NCBI GenBank assembly: GCA_026387175.1
Contig: JAPLME010000011.1
Coordinates: forward strand, 1,856-65,855
DNA length: 64,000 bases
DNA from: Candidatus Omnitrophota bacterium
Lineage (GTDB): Bacteria > Omnitrophota > Gorgyraeia > 2-01-FULL-45-10
Reading direction: 5' to 3'
This document shows, piece by piece, positions 15,001-24,000 of the stretch. Numbering within the stretch: position 1 is the stretch's first letter; every line of letters starts with the position of its first letter. The notes below the pieces were generated by a model. It had not been told where the DNA came from and made no database searches. It saw nothing but the letters and a program-made list of their open reading frames with translations. Made by a program: the position numbers and the translations under genes.

Positions 15001-18000
15001 CTTACTCCGCCTGTCTTAAGTGATGATATACCGGTCCTAAATACCCTCATCTTAGGCGGCGGCACACTCACTCGTAACGGCACCGATCAGGTAGCTTTAA
15101 CCTTGCGTAACAACGATAGCGATTCCTTAGCTTTGAATAGTTCCACGATCAGTAATAACGCGATTATCCGCTTTGCTCCACCGGCTCCCGGCGCAATGGA
15201 TGGAGTAGCGGAGCCTATCACTGTAACTATCCCGGCAGGTAACTATGGCACAGCGCAAGTAGAAGCTTACGCTCAGTTTAATAATAGCGTCGATCAACCT
15301 CAAGGAGTTATCAGCTATAAACTGGCAGGAGATATCACCGCGGCGGGCAGTTTAAATATCTACGCGGATGCAGGGCTCCCTGCAACCACCTTTAGCCTGA
15401 ATGACGGCGCGAATAATTATAATCTTTACAGCTCTACTCCGGGGCTCATATATTTAGGTAAAGATTGCGCTCAAGGAGCCGTTACATTTAACTCCGGATC
15501 GGGCACGGTAAATGTAACATCCTTTGGTATCATTCCGAATAATGCCGGCAGCCATACCGTAAATCTTAATTCATCCACATGGAACATTTCCGGAGACTGG
15601 CAGCCGGAAGGAGAAGGGAACAGCGCTTCGAATTTGAATGCCGGGACCTCCACCTTCCACTATATCGGCACCGGCGCCGCCACCTTATATGGTCTAAAAT
15701 CCGGCCCTAACATTAATACTATGCCTTTCTACAACCTGACCTCTACGGCGGCAGGCAAGACACTCAACTTTGAGGCAGGCAAGACCGTAAAGATAGCCAA
15801 TAACATAAGCCTCACCGGCGGATCGAGCAAGATGCTATTACGCAGTACTAGCACCGGTTCCTACTGGAACATAAATGTCGCGCCCGCGGCCACAGCCACA
15901 TTCATGAGCTATCTGGATGTTAAAGACTCCGACGCGAGTTCCGGCAATACTATCGCCGCCACAGCCTGTATCGGCAGTACACAGCATAACCTTAACTGGA
16001 CCTTTAGCACAGGCGGCGCTGCGATCTGGATCGCCGATGGCGCTAAGAACTGGTCCGACGCCACCGCCTGGAGCACGGTCAGTGTTCCCACGACGACCGG
16101 AACGGCGGAGATCCTATTTACAGGCGACCATAAGGGAGCTTGCACTATAAATGCCGCGGCAAATGTAAAGAGCATTAATATCCTGAGCGGTTACACGGGA
16201 ACCATCACCCAGGCCGGCACAGTTACTGCCGGGTCGGGCGGCTACGCTCAGGCAGACGGCGTATTTAACTGCGGAGGACAGGCTGTTAACGTAAACGGGC
16301 CGTTTACATTGTCCGGAGGGACATTCGACGCCGCAAACTCGACCATAGCAATAACCGGCGGTAATATCAATCTCTCGGGCGGCGCGTTCGCTCCCGTCGC
16401 CTCGACGGTGACGCTCTCCGGGACCTGTGCCATTAATTCCGATATCCCGGCCCTTAATATCATGACCTTTAATCCCGGGACATATACCATTGCCGCGGGC
16501 AAGACCATCAGCGCGCCCGCCAACAGCTTACTGAGCTTCGCCGGCACCGGCACATCGAACATGGTCACATTAAGGAGCTCCGCGCCCGGGACGAGATGGA
16601 ACCTGGCTAATGCCTCAGGCTCCACAGTTACGCCTGTCTATACGGATGTTATGGATTCTAACGCTTCTAATCTTATCTCCGCCGCTAATTCCAAGGACTC
16701 CGGAAATAATATCAACTGGGTGTGCACCGGCACGCTCACTAATGCCAGTGTCCTGCCGGCATCATTGGTCGCGGGGGTAAGCGGCAATGTAACGGTGAAC
16801 TTTACCACGGTAAACCCTATTCCGAATAACGGCAAGATCGTAGTTACCCTCCCCAGCAACTTTACGTTTAATTCCGGCGGCGCCACGGCAGTCTCCGGCG
16901 CCCCGACAGGCATAGATGGAAATTTCTCAGTATCAGTGGAAGGCCCATCGGCCATCATTACCAGATCGGGCGGCACATCCGCGGGCGCGGGAGCCAAGTC
17001 GATCATTCTCACTAACATAAAGAACCCGACTGCCCCTTGCACTACAGGGACGTATTCTATCGCCACCAGAACTTCCGCGGATGCTTCTATCGACAGCTTG
17101 ACCGGGATCGCCGGAAGCGTTATCACTGCCGCCAGCGTGACGAGCTGGGACCTGAATATGAATGCCGGAACTCTTACGCTTAATTTCAACGCCGGTATAA
17201 CCGCCGCCAGCCTTGCCGCTACAGGCATAACGATACAGAACACAATTGCTTCACCGAGCGCTTCCTATACATTAACCGACAGCACTACCGCAAGCTCAAA
17301 CGGCACGGCTATCACGATCACGTTATCCGATACGGACAGAAATACGATTAAGGCTACCGCTAATCTCGCGAAAGCCCAGAACAGCAGTTGCCTCAGCATC
17401 ACCTCGGCAGCCTTTATGGATCTGTATAATAACCCTATAACAGCTATCACCGGATCTTTGGCGATGAATGTCACGAACTATACGACGGATATCACGGCTC
17501 CGGGGTTGTCGAGCTGGACGCTGGATATGAATACGCATATGGTGGAGATGACCTTTAACGAACCTGTCGCCATAAGCTCATTCGATCAGACGAAATTCAC
17601 GATACAGGATGACTCGGGCCATGCTTATACTTTAGCCGCGTCGAACAATACTTATATCGAGGACCCGTATGACAATATGCTGGCGGGCGGCTATGCTATA
17701 GGCTCGACTAACAACATGAAGCTGCGCATCAAGCTTACCACGAAAGATTTTAACGCGCTGGTGGACGACGCCAATATAGCCAAGGCGCGCTCATCCTCAT
17801 ATTTAGTTATCGCTACGGAAAGCGGTGTGCGGGACAAAGCGACTTTAGCCAACGCACTGGCCGCCATCCCGGCGACGAATGCCGCGAGCTATACCGCCAA
17901 CTCCGTCGTCGCCGCCCAGTTCTACGTCACAACATCATCCTATGCGACCGCAACGACACTGACAGCCGGAACCTTTAAGGATATAGTCATAAAGGCGTAT

Positions 18001-21000
18001 GATAACCTTGGTTACCGCACCCCGGCTTACACAGGGGACAAGACGGTGGTCTTCTCAGACGCCGGGCTTTCCGCGGATCAAATCGCGCCTAAAGCCAAAG
18101 ACAAGAATAACGTGTCTATAGTTTTTGGTACCGGCACCACGATCGCCTTCACAAACGGAAGAGGCACAAGCACTATTACCCTGTATAAGAAAGAGGTGGT
18201 GCTGATAAAAGCGACCGTTGGCGCTATTACCACCGCCGATAATTATTCCCTGACGGTAACCGTTAATCCGGATGTGAAGGCTAAGCTGGTCTTCACCACA
18301 CAGCCGTCCGCCACCGGCATTATCAATAGCGCTTTAACCCAGCAGCCCGTCGTAGTCATCAGGGACCAATACGGCAACCGGACCGCGGATACGGATGAAA
18401 TCCAGATTAACGCGTCGACCGCCGGAATATTTTTTAATCCTGCCGCCGGCACGTTATCGGCGACTTCTAACCCGTTGGCCGCGGTAGACGGAGAAGCGGT
18501 ATTCGCCGGGGTTAAATACAACATCGCGGAGACGATATATATATATGCAAGTTCCGGTAATCTTGCCGGCGCCTATTCCGGGGCTATCGAGCTTAGCTCA
18601 GGCGTGTCCACTACAGTGGAGGCTGCCGCCCAGCCGCAGGCAAGCTTCCCGCTCATTCCTACGAATGACATCGAGACCGAGAAGTTCACTGTCCTGAAAT
18701 TTAAGATTAAAGACGCCGGTGATGACGGGACTCCTACTCTGATAGACAGAATAAAGATAGCCATTACCGGCACGGCCCAGCCGAGCGCGTCGACCGATAT
18801 CGCCTGGGCGGAATTAAGGGCGAATAACGGGGGAGACCATCAGGTTACTTTTGTTGCCGGGCCCTCAGGTTTCGAGGTTGACGGCTCCACCACTTATATC
18901 GTTTTCGGAAACGAACCTGATGCCCGCAGCGATTCGACCCTGGGCGCAATAGCGGCCGACGGTACGATACCGGATGGCGGCGAGATAGAATATACGGTAA
19001 AGATCTATATGAAACCCTCGAAGTTGACCGCCACGGACAAACAGGGCTACAATTTCACTACGAATGAGTCGCTCATCGGTGTAGATATGGGCGTATCGTC
19101 GAGGATGACGACAGACAGCGGGAAGATAACGCCTGTTGTCGGGCAGATCACGGTGAATGTATCGAATTTTGAGATCGTGGATCAGACCCCGCCTAATAAT
19201 GCCGCGATCAACGTTATCGCGGGCATCGCGTCTTATCTCCAGGTAAGGGCCACTGATAGCAATAAGAATATAGACATAGACTATGCCGGCGTGAAGAGCC
19301 TTATCTTCTCGGGATTGAGCTCGATAAACGGTTATACCCCCACGATAGGAACCACGACTAAGGTAACCTTTGGCGCCCCTACTTCAATAAATTTCGTAGC
19401 GGGCCAGTCATATAATTTAACAGGTACCGCGGTTGCCTTAACTGCTTATGCCAAAGGCACGGAAAACCTCAGGGCAGCGGATTATAATAAAACTCCGCCG
19501 CCATACGGCGTCTTCCCCTGCGCGGTGACGGTGGACAGCACCACGGCAAACAGTATAGGGCTAGCCGCAGGCAACAACCAGAGCGGATTGGGAGGGCGCG
19601 CATTGTCCAATCCTTTAGCGGCTATCGTTCGCGATCTTTACGGCAACCCCGTTAATTCCGGCACAGCCGTAACTTTCGCGGTATCGAGCGAGCCTGCCGG
19701 CACAACAACTCACGCCGGTTTGGATACACCCACGACTTCTACCGGCTCAAACGGCCAGGCTTCCACTCATCTTACTCTGGGCAACGCTAAAGGCACATAT
19801 CAGGTAACGGCAACATCCGGCTCGCTTGCCGGATCTCCCGTTACCTTCAGCGCCTCCGCCCGCGTCCCGGCGACACTATACATATTTGGCGGCAATCACC
19901 AGTCGGCGGTTGTGGCCACTCAGCTGCCGCTCGCTCTTGTGGTCCAGCTTTTAGATAGCGAGACTATCCCTCAGCCTATCGCGGGTGAGACCATAAACTT
20001 CGCGATAAAGGCCCAACCCACCGGCGCGGGCTCTTTCCTGTCAAGCTCTACGGCTGTCACTGACGCGGAAGGCAAGGCTCAGGTACCTCAGATCCTATTC
20101 ACATTGGGAATGATAGCGGGAACTGACGCTTATGAGGTCAGGGCGACTTACTCGAATTTAACGCCGGCTGATTTCACTGCCACCGCTGCCCCATCGCCGG
20201 CTTATAAGGCGGTTTTGGACGGCCCGGCGTCCGTGAATGCGGGTATTGTCGCCACGTTCAGTATAAATATTAAGGATACCTACGATAACGCGAGCACCAT
20301 TGCCACAACACCTATGGCATTTAATATTACCGCCACTCCGTCTCTGGGGGCGTTTTACAGCGATGCCGCGTGTACGAGCGCTCCGATCACTACGATGACC
20401 GTTCCGGGCGGAAGCAGTACAGCGACGTTCTATTTCAAAAGCTCCGTAACTGGAACCGCTAACATTGCAGCTACCACTACAGATGTCAGATTGGATGCTG
20501 ACCATCGGGTCGGTTCCATCACCGGCTTCACTGTTATGCCGGAAAGCCTGCATCACTTTACAGTTACCGCGGCAAATACGGACCCGATGACAGTAGGTGA
20601 GCCAAGGACGCTCAGCATAAAAGCCCGTGATATATATGATAACGTGAAAACCGATTTGAATGCCACTTTTAATGTAACATTCTCCGGTGCCACCGTCTCT
20701 CCGTCTCCCTCGAGCGCAGCGCTGGGCACGGCGCCGACCTGTTCGGGCCACGGCAGTGAAGCCGTAGGCGCTAACATAACAGGCACACCCGTGGCGTTTG
20801 GCCAGAGCACAAGCATAAGTTTCGCCAATGGCGCGGCAACCACCATATTTACGCCATATAAGGCCGAAGCAGCGCAGATCACAGCGACCTCAGGCATCAC
20901 TACGCCGACTCCTTTAAGTTTAACGGTAAAACACGGCGCCGCGCACCATCTGAAATTCCATGATAATATTCTCAGCCCCCAGACCGCGGGCACAGCCTTT

Positions 21001-24000
21001 AATTTTGATACGACCCTGGACGCGGTGGACCTGTACTCGAATATCTGCGATGGGGCAAACCTTGCGCCGGCCTATAACGGTACCGGCAAGACCATCGGCT
21101 GGCCGCTGGTCGATGCCGCGACAGGCAATTCCGGGATAGTTAACGGCCCTGAAACCGGCACCGATGCTTACACCAACCCGGTCGACTTCACAAGCGGCCG
21201 CTCGACCACGCCGCTTAGCGCCACGCTCTATTACGCGCAGACTATTAAGATAGCTCCAAGCGTTACCGGGTTAAGCGCCGGAACCCCGTCCAATAGTATC
21301 GTCGTGCGCCCGGCTGTGCCGAACAGGATCAGATTTACCCAGCAACCGTCCACATCCTGTTTAGCTAATCAGACGCTGGGACAACAGCCATGTGTAGCCA
21401 TCTCTGACCAGTATGGAAATATCTGCGTAAATACCCCTGGCCAGATAACGTTAAAGGCCTCTACTACCCGCGACTCTTATACGTCGGTTATCAATGGTGT
21501 ACTCCGTCCAGCCAGCGGCCTTTTTGTAGCTACGTCAGGCGGTGTGGCGACATTCACAGGCGTGAACTATACTTACCCTGAAATAATATATCTCAGGGCC
21601 CAGGCGTCAGTATCAGGTTATCCATACATTGCCGATATCTATTCTAATGGAATAAATGTGGTCGCGGGCACGGACCTGACCGTTTCCGCGGTATCCGCCA
21701 ATCCCACAGTCTCATCCATAGCAAACGCGAGCACCGATAAAACGGCGGTATTCGCGTTTAAGATCACTGACGCGGGCACTGACGGCCTGGTCGGACTGAT
21801 AAAGAAGATCGTGATCAATCGTTCAGACGCTTATGAGGCGCTTGACTGGACACAATACATAAAAGACGCGGTCCTGAGCGACGGCACAGTTGAAATAGCC
21901 GGCGCTATAGAAGCGAACGCTATCACCTTCGGCACGGGAACCGCGAATATATATACTGTGCCGAATAACGCCAATAGGACATATACGCTCAGCATTACCA
22001 TCAAGAACTCACTGCCCGCCGGAGCGGATGGAAAGATCCTTGGATTTACGATCAATGCCCGTGACGATATAACTCTTAATGACGCGGGCACTTCAGTGTT
22101 CGCGGACGTGGTTGACCCGGTTACCGCCGGTTCAGCCATTGATGTAGTAGCTACCAACCTTGTGATAAACGGCGACTCTAATATGGATGCCGGCACGCCC
22201 AAGAATATAACAATTACGGCCAAAGACAAGAATAATAATATAGATAAGGATTTTGATGATCACGGGGTAGGGACGAGGGTTATATTTTCGGGCGCTTCCG
22301 TAGTGCAGTCGGACAGGGACTATGGGCCAACCTGCACAGATTATACCGGATCCGGTAAAGCATTCGGCGAACCGACGAGTATATACTTTGCCTCCGGCGT
22401 CAGCACATCTACGATCACTATGTATCTATATAAGGCAGAGACCGCCACCATCTTGGCCTCGGCCGCGTATTTGGGCCACCAGGTGGTTTCCAGTTCCACC
22501 GGCCAGGGCAGGCTGATGGTTACAGTCAGAGGCGGCACCGGCTCCCAGCTCTCCTGGAGCACCAAGCCGGCAGTTAAAGCGGTAGCCGACGCCCCATGGA
22601 AAGCATTCATCGTCGCGGTAATCGACGCTTACGGCAATACCGCTTCGGATGACAGGGAGATAACAGTGAGTATTCCAGACGGCTTATCGCTCTCTCCCGG
22701 TGCTTCCAATAAGGCCACGGCCAACGGAGGGGTAGCCACCTTCGATCATTATGCTGTTCGCGCTCCCGCCGACGCGGCATATCCTAAATATTTTACCGTG
22801 ACAGCTTCCGCCGGAGGTATTTCTACGCCGGAGTCCGACCAGGTCACCCTTGATAAAGAGTACAAAATTTATATAACGGTGAAGGATACAACCAACGCGA
22901 CTACGCTAACCGGGTTTACTTTTACCGTTAAAGATACTAATGGCGTAGACAAGATACCTGAGACTACGCCGGCGCCGCCGTACCCATTTATGATATCTCT
23001 TCCTTATGGGACATATACCTTCATCTACAATCTGGATAAGTATGTTACCTTGAGCCCGGAGAAGGCTGTCAGCGTAGCGAGTGACGCCTCTGACGGCAAA
23101 TATGACAATGTTATTAACTGGACGGAGTATATGACCAGCCTCACTGAAGCTACGGCGGACTATCGTGTAATGTCGAGTTTTGCCTACGATGAAGATAATG
23201 AGTCGCTGGCGATCAGGATATGGCTGGAACGGCGCGGCAAGCTGATAGTGAATAATGACGTAAATAAGATGGGCCCCGCCACGATCGAGGCTTATGAGCC
23301 TAATGAGACAGCGCTCAACGTGATAAATATAGGCGCTCCCGATCCTAATCCCGACTCCGATGGCAATTATTCGACCATCGGCGCCACCTATAAAACTACA
23401 GTAGACAACATCCTGCTGTCCAAAGGCCCGTCTAATTTATTCGGCAAGGCGCTGGAAGCCGGAAAGACGTATTTCGTAAAATGCAAGATAAGTTATGGCG
23501 GCCTTGGCACCGACGGCGTTTACGGAAGCACATATGAAGGCGGCACGACGTTTACCGTGACGGTCAGCCAGAAACTGACTAAACAGATAATAACCCAGTT
23601 GGGTGTGGCCGCCGGCCAAACGGTGGTCGGCGAAATAGCCAAAACGCAGACTGCGGTAGCGGCTGTCAGCACCAGAGTGGATACTAAGGCTGCCGAGGTC
23701 GGCGCTAAAGTGGAGACGGTGGGCACTCAGGTGGCCGCCGCTAACGCTAACGTTTCCAATGTTGGCTCACAGGTCACTAATGTCCAGAGTTCGGCGGCAT
23801 CTATCCTGGAAGGCGTGAACACTACCTTGCCGACGAAGGTTGTGTCTGAATTGGCAAAAGGAGTCATGAGCGAGATGCTCACGCGTAATACGGTCTTAAG
23901 GGCTGACGACTCGATAAAGATAAGATACCGCACAGCGAGCGGACTGGTTCCTACAATGACTATATATAAGGAAGATGGCACCATTCTACCGGACTATAAT

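Larger units (their letters stand above)
10702..15983 (+). repeat. Intragenic super-repeat unit 3 (about 1,760 aa). A truncated, diverged fourth module start follows at about 15984-16250 (HNLNWTFSTGGAAIWIADGAKNWSDATAWSTVSVP...GYTGTITQ)
   Basis: It starts SLNHNWIGGTVGIVYWTNASGDGLWSTAANWSTGAVP. The module architecture is repeated and then diverges into the C-terminal region. Confidence 0.75.
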
